Below are positions 38,450-53,454 of a DNA stretch of 64,000 bases, piece after piece. The position numbers were made by a program, and so were the translations under genes. Within the stretch, counting starts at the first letter, position 1. Every line of letters starts with the position of its first letter. The stretch lies in NCBI GenBank assembly GCA_964016885.1, contig OZ024741.1, positions 337,652,001 to 337,716,000 on the forward strand. Reading direction: 5' to 3'. This DNA is from Eledone cirrhosa (taxonomy: Eukaryota). The notes below the pieces were generated by a model. It saw nothing but the letters and a program-made list of their open reading frames with translations. It did not search any database and was not told the origin of the DNA.

Positions 38450-41400
38450 TTGTTATACTTTGGGAGGGTCATGTTGCCAATAAGAAACACATGCACCAGT
38501 TGCTTTCACTTCAATTTATTATAATAAATTTATAAATTTAGGAATTTTTATGATTCTTTACTATCTTGAAGGTCTCGCCAGTGTTCATTTATCCGTTCCC
38601 CTATACTACGAGCTGTCTCACCTATGTACACTATATTCTTATCTCTACATTATCCTTCAGTACATCTTATGCTATATACTACATTTCTAGTTTTATAGTT
38701 AATATGGGGGCTTAATTTACAGATTACACATTTCTTATCTATACAGGGAGGTCTTTGGAAAGGTATGTATTGCTAATAAGTGTTTTTATGGAGGTACCTG
38801 GTCTTTCTACTATCTTACTATTGAGTTTATGTTTATCTAGGGCCCTTCTAAATTTGTAAGCTAATTCACCTCTAGGGGTTGTATCGATGAACATTACACT
38901 CTGGTATTTATTGCTATCATACCATGAGTTTATTCTATTAACCTTATTCCTAGTTCTTTCTATTCTATTCCAAAATTTGTTCCTATACAAGGGGCAGGTC
39001 CCATTTGTGTCATTATTTACCATTTTTTCCCATTTGGTTCTGACTCCTCTATATACTCTGATTTTATCTCTCTGGTTGTAACCAGAGAACTGCATACGGT
39101 GGATGAAGTGTTGTATGTGTCTCTCTAGTTCTTTGGGGTTGCACATGCGGGACTCGTTTCTCATCACTCGTACCAAATCCGCAATCAGTATGTTGATTTT
39201 GGTATGGTCCGAAACAGCTGAGTTTCGGTGGATCAGATGTTTGGAAGTCATGGGTTTGGCATAATGGGAATGGAAGATTTGTTTTTTGTTATTAATGGTA
39301 TCTAACCAGAGTTCTGTGTCTAGTACAGGTAATCGATGGTTGGGGTGTTTACTTGGGTAGTTTATAGTAACTCTAATGCTCTGGTGGATGGAGTTAGCTA
39401 TTTGCTGGATGCTTTCCATTGTGTTTTTCTCTTGTTCCTGACTGTTCTCTAGTGGGGGTGTCTTAACTACGATGTTTATATCATCAACGTAGCGGGAGTA
39501 CATTATCAGGGTTAAGGGGTCTTCTAATCGTTCTTTAAGTTTAAGTTTACGTCTACTGTCCCACCATACCATGAATAAGTTAGCTATGTCACCTGCAATG
39601 CTAACACCAATGGCTGCTCCTTCCTCTTGGGCATATGTTTTTCCATTAAATTTGAACATATGTTCCTTAAGGGTTAGTTTTATGCTGGCCCCTACCGCAT
39701 GTGCAATCATTTTCTTCAGTTCATCGTGGTTTTCGGGTGTCCGTATGGCTCTGGTTCACCCGTTCCATCTATCTGTGTGGGTTTTCTTGGCCATTGAGGT
39801 AATGGTAGGTGGTCTGCCTCTTGCTGGTCTTGTAGGGCACAGGTTGCTAAAGTCATATGTGTCTAGGTAATTATTACTATAGGTAAGTTTAAGTAGGAGT
39901 CCCAGCTCACTGGTATCAATCCCACGGAACTCAACATTGCTCTCACTGATCATTTCTACACATTTCTCCACAGCAAAATCCACGTCAATAGATGGATACA
40001 GGGACACAACATCCATACTACCTATTATGCAGTTTGTTAGGTCCCTAGATCGCTTACTCTCGCCGATTCTGCTGAGGAGGTCCTCCGTGCTGTCACATAC
40101 ATCTGGGGACATTTCAATGATCAGGGAGAGGAAGTAGGACAGTCTGTAGTTACTAGCAATGTTAGCTCCACAGACTGGCAGTGTTGGTGGTCCCGCGACA
40201 GGGTCACTGCCCATTTTATGGTCTTTTCGAAGCCCATACAACGCCGGCACGTCATTGTTCCAGGCCTGGAAGTTGTTGGCAGTCCTTTTGTTGGGCTGCA
40301 TTATATTCGTCCACATCACCATATGGGCATTGAGGGCTTTTTCGCTATCCTCATGCTCCTGTTGTGTTACCTCTCTTGTGTTGGTGATGTTGGGTTGCAT
40401 TGCCTGGATGTAGTTTGGCAGGCTGTCAACCGACATTCTGCCAGACTTGTCTGTTGGAAAGCATGCTATCTCTCCATTACGCGAGCGCTGCATGAGCTTA
40501 CGCAAGCCATTTGCAGATTTTTCTCCCAGTTGCTGGGCCTCCATTATATTATGCTTCTTGCTATACTGTTCTATAATATTTCTAAGTTCGGATCTAGCTA
40601 TACTAAATTGTGCTTCTGTTTGTTCATCGACCTGCGACGGCAATTGCGTGCGTTTATTAAATGGTAAAGTCGTGGCGTGGACTCGTCGCAGGTCGAACGA
40701 TTTATCGGAGGGATTATAAAAAGTAGAGTTCCAGGCTGCTGCTTTATGTGTACTAGTGCTATTGTTATTGTTAGTTGTGTTGTTTCTATTTCTATTTCCA
40801 CCAACAGCCTCATGGTTGTTTCTATGTCTCCCATAATTACTCCTGTCTCTTTCCACTGGCTCATTGTTGTTATCTACCCTATTTGTGTGTCTGTGTGTTC
40901 GTCTTGGTTATTTTCTTTGTCCTTAGTCTCCCTTCTCCTTTTAATCCTATTACTTTCCCTTATTTCTGTGATTTCTGTGCTACTGTCATTACTTGTTTTC
41001 TGTGTCTGTGTGTTTGTTAAGATTGTGGTGGTGGTGAGAGGCATTGAATGTGTGTGTGTTGTTGTTGTTGATGTGTGTTGTTGTCTCCGTGTGTGTTATT
41101 ATTGTTGTGTGTGTTGTTATTGTTGTTTGTGTCTGCGTGTCTGTTGTTGTTGTTTCTGGGTATGTTATTATTGTTGTTGTTGTTGTTGTTGTTGTTGGTG
41201 TGTGTGTTGTTGTTATTGTTGTTTGTGTCTGTGTGTCTGTTGTTGTTGGGATGTGTGTTGTATATGTGTGTGCGTATATTGTTACTTTTGTTTTTGTTTT
41301 TGTTTTTGTTTTTGAGGCTCCAGCGTAGTTTTGTAAATGATTTTTCTATTTCTGACAGACAACTAATCATATTTACCTTCTTGAGTGTCGCAAATTTCGG

Positions 41401-42529
41401 TGGTAGACGTAATACAGATAACTCATTGTCATCTATTACTGTGTTGCCGTATATATTTGTGTTGTTGTTGTTGTTGAACTCTTCTGTTAATGAGGTGTCG
41501 GCCATATTTATACCGTCAATTTTGTCGGGATATCTATTGGTATTCTCTACAGTATCCTGATTTAGCTTTATCTGCTTAAGCCACTTTAGTTTCTTGTTAA
41601 AGTGCTTATCACAATCTTGAGTAATGTACTGTTCTTCAGGACGTATAAGGCTTATAAATATTAGTTTCTCTCTTGGTGTGGTGATCCTAGCTATTCCTTG
41701 TATTACGCTTGTATACGCTTATGTTTTTCTTGATGACTTAATTCTCTATAGATCTTTTTTATGTTTAGAATTAGTGTTCGTTTTAGCCTATCTGCTTGTT
41801 TTTTTGGTGAGTTGTAATCTTCTTACGTCGGTGTTGATGGTGTTGGTGTAAACTCGGGACGAGGCACATTCTTTTATGAAGTGTAGTTGTCGAGATGTTA
41901 TGGTTTTTCGTAGACAACAGAACATGGTGGTTTTCAGTATCTTGTTAGCCTGGCTAAGGCTTACGATATTTCGTTTCTGAATTTGTTTAGCAAGATTCTT
42001 TATCTGAAATCGTGTGTTGAAACCGATATTGTTATACTTTGGGAGGGTCATGTTGCCAATAAGAAACACACGCACCAGTTGCTTTCACTTCAATTTATTA
42101 TAATAAATTTATTATAAATTTATAAATTTCTGGTTGGTTGGTTGGTTCCACAACCAGATAGTTGTTTATATATTGTCATAGTTCTTTCGTCACACACTCT
42201 GTGACCTCTTCAGTGACTGGGGATTCCTTTCTTTGTTTCTGTGCCTCTCCTTTGTTCTGTCCTACGCCATTTTGTTTCTGTGTGTGTGTTGTGTGCAGAA
42301 CAAAGGAGAGGCACAGAAACCAAGAAAGGAATCCCCAGTAACTGAAGAGGTCACAAAGTGTGTGACGAAAGAACTATGACAATATATAAACAACTATCTG
42401 GTTGTGGAACCAACCAACCAACCAGAAATTTATAAATTTATTATAAATTTATTATAATAAATTGAAGTGAAAGCAACTGGTGCGTGTGTTTCTTATTGGC
42501 AACATGACCCTCCCAAAGTATAACAATAT
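38450..42529 (-). mobile_element. Near full-length Penelope-like element (Naiad-like), disrupted ORF, inverted pLTR at the 5' end
   Basis: ORF start MTLPKYNN at about 42051; LRLPPKFA..KLRW, PTDKSGR, GSMDVVSLYPS, GAAIGVSIAGDIANLFMVWWD, YVDD, GIY-YIG remnant; clade assigned from remembered motifs. Confidence 0.92.
42175..42217 (-). ncRNA. pLTR hammerhead (further copies 42338-42380 +, 42958-43000 -)
   Basis: Same motif as 45579-45621. Confidence 0.8.
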
Positions 42530-42538
42530 GTATATATA

Positions 42539-42591
<53 letters not shown>

Positions 42592-42596
<5 letters not shown>

Positions 42597-42702
42597 AACA
42601 AGTAAGACCCCGACGGCTGAGCTCAAGCCGTTTCGACGGCTAATTCAGAATTAGCCGTCGAAACGGCTTGAGCTCAGCCGTCGGGGTCTTACTTGTTCCT
42701 AT
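42592..42702. repeat. Perfect palindrome, 55-bp arms, 1-nt centre, built from the 3' half of a hammerhead
   Basis: Centre at 42647; GAA-ACGGCT-tgagctc-AGCCGT-C-GGGG. Confidence 0.95.
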
Positions 42703-42859
42703 TACCCACTCTACTACCCTAAGTATTGAGTACTTTGGTGCGTTATGGTCCACCTGGTTCCTTACCACATTTCCTTCGTTATATATATATATGGGAGGAG
42801 ATTATAGTTCACTTGAAGCATTGTGTAATGAGGTATAAACGTTTGTATATGTATAATAA

Positions 42860-45778
42860 AGTTGCTTTCACTTCAATTTATTATAATAAATTTATAATAA
42901 ATTTATAAATTTCTGGTTGGTTGGTTGGTTCCACAACCAGATAGTTGTTTATATATTGTCATAGTTCTTTCGTCACACACTCTGTGACCTCTTCAGTGAC
43001 TGGGGATTCCTTTCTTTGTTTTTGTGCCTCTCCTTTGTTCTGTCCTACGCCATTTTGTTTCTGTGTGTGTGTTGTGTGCTCAGTCTGCGCATGCGCCTCA
43101 TCCGGGTGTCTGTGTGTGTTTATGTTCATTTATTTATTTGTTTATTTACATGTTACTGGTTGGTTGTTTGTCTATGTGTGTGTGTGTGTTCATTTTGTCC
43201 TTAATTGTAAGTTGTGATGTTGCTGTTCCACTCATATTTTCTATTTAATTTTGGTTGTAATTCTTTTATGTTTATTGCCTCTGTGATTTGTCTAAACATT
43301 GCGTCTTTTCTGTGTGTAGATTCTATTTTTATTTCTATGTTCTCTAATTTACCCTTGTGTTCTATTTTAGCATGTTGGTAGAGTACAGATGATTCTTTAC
43401 TATCTTGAAGGTCTCGCCAGTGTTCATTTATTCGTTCCCCTACACTACGAGCTGTCTCGCATATGTACACTATATTTTTGTCTCTACATTATCCTTCAGT
43501 ACATCTCATGCTATACACTACATTTCTAGTTTTACAGTTAACATGGGGGCTTATTTTACAGGTTATACATTTCTTATCTATACATGAGGGTCTTTGAAAA
43601 CGTTATGTCTTGCTAATAAGTGTTTTTATGGAGGTACCTGGTCTTTCTACTATCTTAATATTGAGTTTATGTTTATCTAGGGCCCTTCTAAATTTGTAAG
43701 CTAATTCACCTCTAGGGGTTGTATCGATGAACATTACACTCTGGTATTTATTGCTATCATACCATGAGTTTATTCTATTAGCCTTGTTCCTTGTTCTTTC
43801 TATTCTATTCCAAAATTTGCTCCTATACAAGGGGCAGGTCCTACTTAAACTTACCTATAGTAATAATTACCTAGACACATATGACCTTAGCAACCTTTGC
43901 CCTACAAGACCAGCAAGAGGCAGACCACCTACCATTACCTCAATGGCCAAGAAAACCCACACAGATAGATGGAACGGGTGGACCAGAGCCATACGGGCAC
44001 CCGAAAACCACGAATGAACTGAAGAAAATGATTGCACATGCGGTAGGGGCCAGCATAAAACTAACCCTTAAGGAACATATGTTCAAATTTAATGGAAAAA
44101 CATATGCCCAAGATGAAGGAGCAGCCATTGGTGTTAGCATTGCAGGCGACATAGCTAACTTATTCATGGTATGGTGGGACAGTAGACTTAAACTTAAACT
44201 TAAAGAACGATTAGAAGACCCCTTAACCCTGATAATGTACTCCCGCTACGTTGATGATATAAACATCGTAGTTAAGACACCCCCACTAGAGAACAGTCAG
44301 GAACTAGAGAAAAACACAATGGAAAGCATCCAGCAAATAGCTAACTCCATCCACCAGAGCATTAGAGTTACTATAGACTACCCAAGTAAACACCCCAACC
44401 ATCGATTACCTGTTCTAGACACAGAGCTCTGGTTAGATACCATTAATAACAAAAAACAAATCCTCCATTGCCATTATGCCAAACCCATGACTTCCAAACA
44501 TCTGATCCACCGAAACTCGGCCGTTTCGGACCATACCAAAATCAACATACTGATTGCGGATTTGGTACGGGTGATGAGAAACGTGTCCCGCATGTGCAAC
44601 CCCGAAGAACTAGAGAGACACATACAACACTTCATCCACCGTATGCAGTTCTCTGGCTACAATCAGAGAGATAAAATCAGAGTGTATAGAGGAGCCAGAA
44701 CCAAATGGGAAAAAATGGTAAATAATGACATAAATGGGACCTGCCCCTTGTATAGGAGCAACTTTTGGAATAGAATAGAAAGAACTAGGAACAAGGCTAA
44801 TAGAATAAACTCATGGTATGATAGCAATAAATACCAGAGTGTAATGTTCATCGATACAACCCCTAGAGGTGAATTAGCTTACAAATTTAGAAGGGCCCTA
44901 GATAAACATAAACTCAATATTAAGATAATAGATAGACCAGGTACCTCCGTAAAAACACTTATTAGCAAGACATACCCTTTTCAAAGACCCTCATGTATAG
45001 ATAAGAAATGTATAACCTGTAAAATAAGCCACCATATTAACTGTAAAACTAGAAATGTAGTGTATAGCATAAGATGTACTGAAGGACAATGTAGAGACAA
45101 AAATATAGTGTACATAGGCGAGACAGCTCGTAGTGTAGGGGAACGGATAAATGAACACTGGTGAGACCTTCAAGATAGTAAAGAATCATCTGTACTCTAC
45201 CAACATGCTAAAATAGAACACAAGGGTAAATTAGAGAACATAGAAATAAAAATAGAATCTACACACAGAAAAGACGCAATGTTTAGACAAATCACAGAGG
45301 CAGTAAGCATAAAAGAATTACAACCAAAATTAAATAGAAAATATGAGTGGAACAGCAACATCACAACTTACAATTAAGAACAAAATGAAAACACACACAC
45401 ACATAGAACAAACAACCAACCAGTAACATGTAAATAAACAAATAAATAAATGAACATAAACACACACAGACACCCGGATGAGGCGCATGCGCAGACTGAG
45501 CACACAACACACACACAGAAACAAAATGGCGTAGGACAGAACAAAAGAGAGGCACAAAAACAAAGAAAGTAATCCCCAGTCACTGAAGAGGTCACAGAGT
45601 GTGTGACGAAAGAACTATGACAATATATAAACAACTATCTGGTTGTGGAACCAACCAACCAACCAGAAATTTATAAATTTATAAATTTATTATAAATTTA
45701 TTATAATAAATTGAAGTGAAAGCAACTGGTGCGTGTATTTCTTATTGGCAACATGACCCTCCCAAAGTATAACAATAT
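42860..45778 (+). mobile_element. Second copy of the same PLE: 3' part (43839-45778, +) preceded by an inverted duplicate of its 3' ~980 bp (42860-43841, -)
   Basis: 427-aa ORF with YVDD, CxxxxCxxC and NVVY..YIGETAR; junction microhomology TCC. Confidence 0.93.
45579..45621 (+). ncRNA. Minimal type I hammerhead ribozyme in PLE pLTR
   Basis: GTCA-CTGAAGA-G-GTCACA gagtg TGTGAC-GAAAGAACTA-TGAC. Confidence 0.82.
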
Positions 45779-45886
45779 ATATATATATATATATATATAA
45801 GTTAAAATAATATATACACACACACACACGCACACACACACATATATATATATATACACACACACATATATATATATACATATATA

Positions 45887-47171
45887 CAGGGTGGGGCATA
45901 ATTCCTGTTACAAAGTTTTAAATCAATTTAAAAATACATTATGTTGCTAATATAACTAATATATCTGTATCAAATCCATGCACTATAACCATATTAACTA
46001 TTTTTCAGAACATTACTCCATTAACAATTTGCAATGTCCATAGATTTGAAAAGAAAGTTCATTATAGAGAAGCATGAAAAAGGCCTGACTCCACCCAAGA
46101 TATTTAAACTGGGGAAAATTCTTAAGATCAATAGAATGTTGATCAAAAGGAAAATCGATCGATTTAAAGAAACTTCCTCGACCAAAGACAGACCTTGATC
46201 CGGACGCCCTCGCACCTCAAGAACACCAAAACTCGTTAAAAGTGAGGGAAAAAATAAGGCGTAATCCAAGAAGGTCCATGAGAAAAATGGCAGAAGAAGC
46301 AGAAACGTCACCGAGAACTATGCGGAGGATATGTCGAGATGATCTGGGGATGTCACCCTATATGTTCCAAAAGAGGCAGCTTCTTTCTGCAGCCACAATT
46401 GAAAAGAGGCTCTCCAGAAGTAAACTGTTATTGAACCGTATCAAGGATGGCACGCTGCAAAACATCATCTTTACAGATGAGAAGTTATTCCCTGTGCAGC
46501 AGTCTCACAATCATCAAAATGATCGAGTACTTGCAAAAAGTCTCCAATCAATTCCTTCAAGTGTAGGAAAAGTGTTCAGAACACAGAAACCAGCATCAGT
46601 GATGGTTTGGGCAGCCATTTCTGAAAGAGGGAAGTCTCCTTTGATTTTTGTGCCTCAAGGAGTTAAAATTAACAAATAACTTTGCATAAAGGATATTTTG
46701 GAAGGAGCACTGATGCCATGGTGCATATCTGTTTATGGCGATGACATTTGGACTCTCCAATAAGATGGAGCGACGAGCCACACTGCTTGCGTAACACAAT
46801 AGTGGTGTAGAGACCGTTGTCCTGCATGGATCAGTAATGAAGAGTGGCTTTCCACATCACCAGATCTCAACCCTCTCGATTTTTTTTATGGTCAATTCTT
46901 GAGAGTGAAGAGTGCTCTACTCCTAGCTAAAATATTGAAACTCTAAAATCAAAACTGAATAAGGTATGGGAGAAAATAACCATGGAAACTGTTTGTGCAG
47001 CCATCGAAGACTTTCCTAGAAGTGAGAGCTAGAGGAAAGCATTTCGAATAAATGTTTGTGCAGTTGTTTAATAGTATATTACTTACTATTTGTTGAAGTC
47101 AGATCTTGAAATAAATGTTTTTTTCAAGAACTATTTGCATTTTATTTTGTAACAGTTTTTATGCCCCACCC

Positions 47172-47173
<2 letters not shown>
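45887..47173 (+). mobile_element. DD37D (maT-type) transposon, complete TIRs, dead transposase
   Basis: TIRs cagggtggggcata..ctgttacaaa; TA target; IIFTDEK, VMVWAAIS, DGATSH..SPDLNPLD (37-residue spacing). Confidence 0.92.
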
Positions 47174-47204
<31 letters not shown>

Positions 47205-47231
47205 TTATATGTGTGTACATATATATATATA

Positions 47232-49462
<2,231 letters not shown>

Positions 49463-49463
49463 C

Positions 49464-49500
<37 letters not shown>

Positions 49501-49885
49501 ACAGGATTCAGCAGTTTCCATCTACCAAATTCCACTTACAAGACATTGGTCAACTCAAGAATATAACAAAAGACACTTTCCCAAGATGTCACATAGTAGG
49601 ACTGAACGCTGGACTTGATGGTTGTGAATTAAACTTCTTAACCACATCTGTTAGTCTTATACTTCTTTCAATCATAAGACTGGAGACATGATTAGGTACC
49701 ACCTTGAATGGATTTAGTTGATTGTATTGATCCCAGTACTTATTATTTTGAAGTCTAGTACTTATTTTATCGATCTCTTTTTGTTGAACTGTTAAGTTAC
49801 ATATGTGTGTATATGTATGCATATATCATCCTCCTCATCATCATATCTAGATACAGTAATGTTGTAGTTGTGAATTATTATAATA

Positions 49886-50092
49886 AAAGGTGTTGGATTG
49901 GCAGTATCAGCAGCGTATCAGACATAGGGTTACAAACCTTTATGTTCTGAGTTGAAAATCTCAACAAGGTTAGCTTTGTCTTTCATCCTTATGGGGTCGA
50001 TAAAATAAAGTACCAATAATGCACTGGGGTTGATTTAATCGACTTTCCTCTTCCCCAAAATTGCTGGCCTTGAGCCTAAATCAGAACCATTG
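49886..50092 (+). mobile_element. Nin/Deu-like SINE (another copy at 51432-51600)
   Basis: SINE core and tail. Confidence 0.82.
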
Positions 50093-50338
50093 TTTTGTGA
50101 TGATATAAAAGAAACATTGGTAAAACTCTATCTAAAATAAAACTCATGCTAAGTTTACCATGAGATGGTTTTATGTCTTAACATTATGTATGAAAATTTC
50201 ACCTTTATACTAGGTGCTGTTAGAATGGCAGATAGAATGCTTTGCAATATATATTCTGGCCCTTTGATATCAACTTTACCTTTCATCCTTTCAAGGTCGC
50301 GAAATCAATAAAAAAAGTACCTGTTTTGTACTGAAGTC

Positions 50339-50429
<91 letters not shown>

Positions 50430-50792
50430 ATCTCTCTCTCTCTCTCTCTCTCCTTATTTGGAAGAAATTGGCTGTGATCAAACCTGGAGAATGATGTGCC
50501 CTGCCAAGTTCAAAATATCTGCGGCACGCTGTATGACTCCATTAGAAGTTACAGATCCATACACAGAGGTGTAAATAGGGAAAATAGTGCTTATGGCAAG
50601 CAGTGAAATTGTGCCCCTGTTCATGCAGTTCCCAGCACTTATTTTTAACTATTACCCTAATAATTTATATAAATGGTTTAATGATCCAGGCACCATAGTG
50701 CTTTGCACCCATGATAATCAAAGACAAATCATACGTCTGAAGAAATTTTTTTTTCACTCTCTGACGATAGTTTATCTGATTTAATTATTATA

Positions 50793-51014
50793 ACCTTTTA
50801 GTATTGACATTACTCTATATTTACTATTATATTTTCACATTAAAGGCTTTATAGCACATAATTATCTCACATATTATCGGATCTATGAGATTCTGATATC
50901 ATTTATTTTGAAAACAATACCTTGGTGTAGTTATGAGCAGCCGGTTACAGCCAGTTTAAAGAGAAATAGGTAAGAGAATTTTGGCTGGATACGGCCGGTT
51001 TAATTGGGAAAAGG
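50793..51014 (-). mobile_element. piggyBac-like MITE, inverted diverged copy of 53088-53307
   Basis: Colinear reverse-complement similarity; ends aaagg-TTAA. Confidence 0.7.
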
Positions 51015-52199
51015 TTAATAGAAAGTGCCCCGAGTCCAAGTGATGCCCATGGCACATGCCATGCTTACCATACTTTAGATATGCCTCTACCCATACATAC
51101 ATACTTTATGCAGGCTTGACAACAAACCAACTGGACCTGCATAAAGAATATAGCTGCATTTTTTCTTATTTTTGAAATCTTTCCTTTTCTTATTATTTCA
51201 ATAAAGAGTTTCACCCAAAACGTCAGATCTCTTCCTCAATTTGTATTCAGTGTAAATATTTCTACTGTACACACATTGTCCTTATTTTTGTACAAATATT
51301 TTCTCAACTAAATTTTTTGTTATTATTTTTCACAATTGTTTTCACTTTTAGTTAATCTATTAAACTTTTATGTTTTAATTTAACTCCACTGTGTTGTTCT
51401 GATGTCTAAAATGCTAAGAAACTTTTCCTACTATTGGTAGAGGGTTGGTCGCCATGCTTTGCAGCATAGAGTCACGGCCCTTTACGGTCTGAGTTCAAAT
51501 CCTGCCGAGGTTCACTTTGCCTTTCATCCTTACGGGATCAATAAAATAAAGTACCAGTAATACACTGGGATAATTGCTGCCCTTTTGTCAAAAGTAGAAA
51601 TATCTATATCAAGCATTAGATTAATATGTTCATTTCCATTGTACTGTATGGCTTTACTGTATTGTCTTCCATTTACTTTTCACACACACCACATGCATAT
51701 ATATATATGTATTATATAATATATATATATAAAATACAAATATTATAATGATGATGATATATGTATATATTACATTAAATATATTACCAGACACTGTTAG
51801 TTATATCATAATTTAACTTACACATGTTTCATCCTGCTGCAATTCATTGGAATTAAACAAGATATTTTTACCTCAACAAGTTCATCTCTCCTAAAAACAA
51901 AACATACATATATATATGTATATTGTAGTTGTATTTGACTTGTTCTGATTTGCTGTAATTGATATAGCTATTTTTTTTACTGGGGCATTGCTTTATTTTA
52001 GTCAATCATATCGAAGATCCCCAGTATTTATTTTTACAAGTCTGGTAGTTAGTTTATCAATTTTTTTGTTTATTTTGAAGACCCACTAAATTAAGGGACA
52101 AATTGCAGACACACATACCAATGTGTATATAGACATAGACACACACACAGCCGCATGCACACACACACAGCCGCATGCACACACACACACATATGCACG

Positions 52200-52628
52200 C
52201 ACACAAAACACCCAGTCAACTTTTTAAAGTGCCTATGCTGGCGATACAACAAAAAAGCACTTGTCCCATCCTGTAAGGTGGTCATACTGATGTAATGACA
52301 AAAAACATCCTGACTACTCTGTAAGATAGTTTGCTGGTGCCTCAACAAAGAAAGCATCTGTCCACCCTGTAATCTGGTAGCAGGGGTACCACAGCAGAGA
52401 AAGCAGTCAGTCCCCTATATAAAATGGTAGCAGTGAGGACATGAAAATTGCTCCCAATACATGTAATGTGGCTGACATTAGAAAAGGCATCCAGCAGTAG
52501 AAAACCATGCCAAAAAATGGATCATATGAGCAAGATGTGGTTACCTGACATGTCTAACCTCTTAATATGACAACCCATTTAACCCATGAAAGCATGGAAA
52601 ATAGATGTTAAACGGTGGTGATGATGAT
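52200..52628 (+). mobile_element. Old RTE 3' UTR with decayed tandem units
   Basis: ggcatccagcagtagaaa; aacccatgaaagcatggaaaa; (ATG)n. Confidence 0.75.
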
Positions 52629-52644
52629 TATGTATATATATATA

Positions 52645-52710
<66 letters not shown>

Positions 52711-52713
<3 letters not shown>

Positions 52714-52931
52714 TAGGATATAAACTTTATTGGCATATTACAATCATTTCAATATTGATCAGCTCAGGATACAATCATAATGACCAGGGCCTGATTATTC
52801 CTTGATATCTCATCAGATTGGTGTGTGTCTTTGCACATATAAACTCGTATATTTGATGAGATGTCAAGGAAGAGTAGAGCCCAATCGATATTGAAACAAT
52901 TGTAATATGGCGATAAAGTTTATAGATATGC
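52711..52931. repeat. Diverged inverted repeat with a hammerhead in each arm
   Basis: + 52849-52908: ATAT-TTGATGA-GATGTC..GATATT-GAAACAATTGTA-ATAT; - 52735-52819: CTGATGA..GAAATGATTGTA. Confidence 0.75.
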
Positions 52932-53087
52932 TGCAACAATGACTTCGATTCTACTTACTTTATTTACACTCAGCACAATGCAGCTGCCTTAACTCTGAAA
53001 TACAATCCCACACAAGACGGACCTTGTACCAGCATTGAGTGTTTGGAACATTGAGCCTCCTGTAACTGTAGATACACACTTACTTAA

Positions 53088-53307
53088 CCCTTTAATGTTC
53101 AAACTGACCAAAACCGGCCAAAATTCTCTACCTCTTTCTGTTGAAACTGGCTGTAACTGGCCACTCATACTGATGTTAAGGTATTGTTCTCAAAATAAAT
53201 ACTTTCAAAATCTCATAGATTCGATATTATGTGAGATAATTATGCGAGATAAAGCCTTTACCATGAAAATATAATAGTATATATAGAGTAATGTGAATGC
53301 TAAAGGG
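53088..53307 (+). mobile_element. piggyBac-like MITE
   Basis: TTAA-ccctttaatgttc..gaatgctaaaggg-TTAA. Confidence 0.8.
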
Positions 53308-53454
53308 TTAAACACATATATGTGTGTGTGTGTGTGTGTGCTGGGCTAGAGCAGTTTCCGTTTATAAACACTGTTTATATAATGTTGGTCAACCTGAGAC
53401 TATAGTTGAAAACATTTCCCAAAAGTGCTGCAATGTGGGATTGAACCCATGCAT

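Noticed and set aside
45162-45164. In-frame TGA in the PLE endonuclease as selenocysteine (some Naiads are selenoproteins)
   Set aside because: Sister copies (about 43415 and 38576) have CGA (Arg) at this position; a simple CpG transition explains it.
51195-51230. Hammerhead remnant caataaagagtttcacccaaaacgtcaga
   Set aside because: Both core strands are mutated; too degenerate to call.
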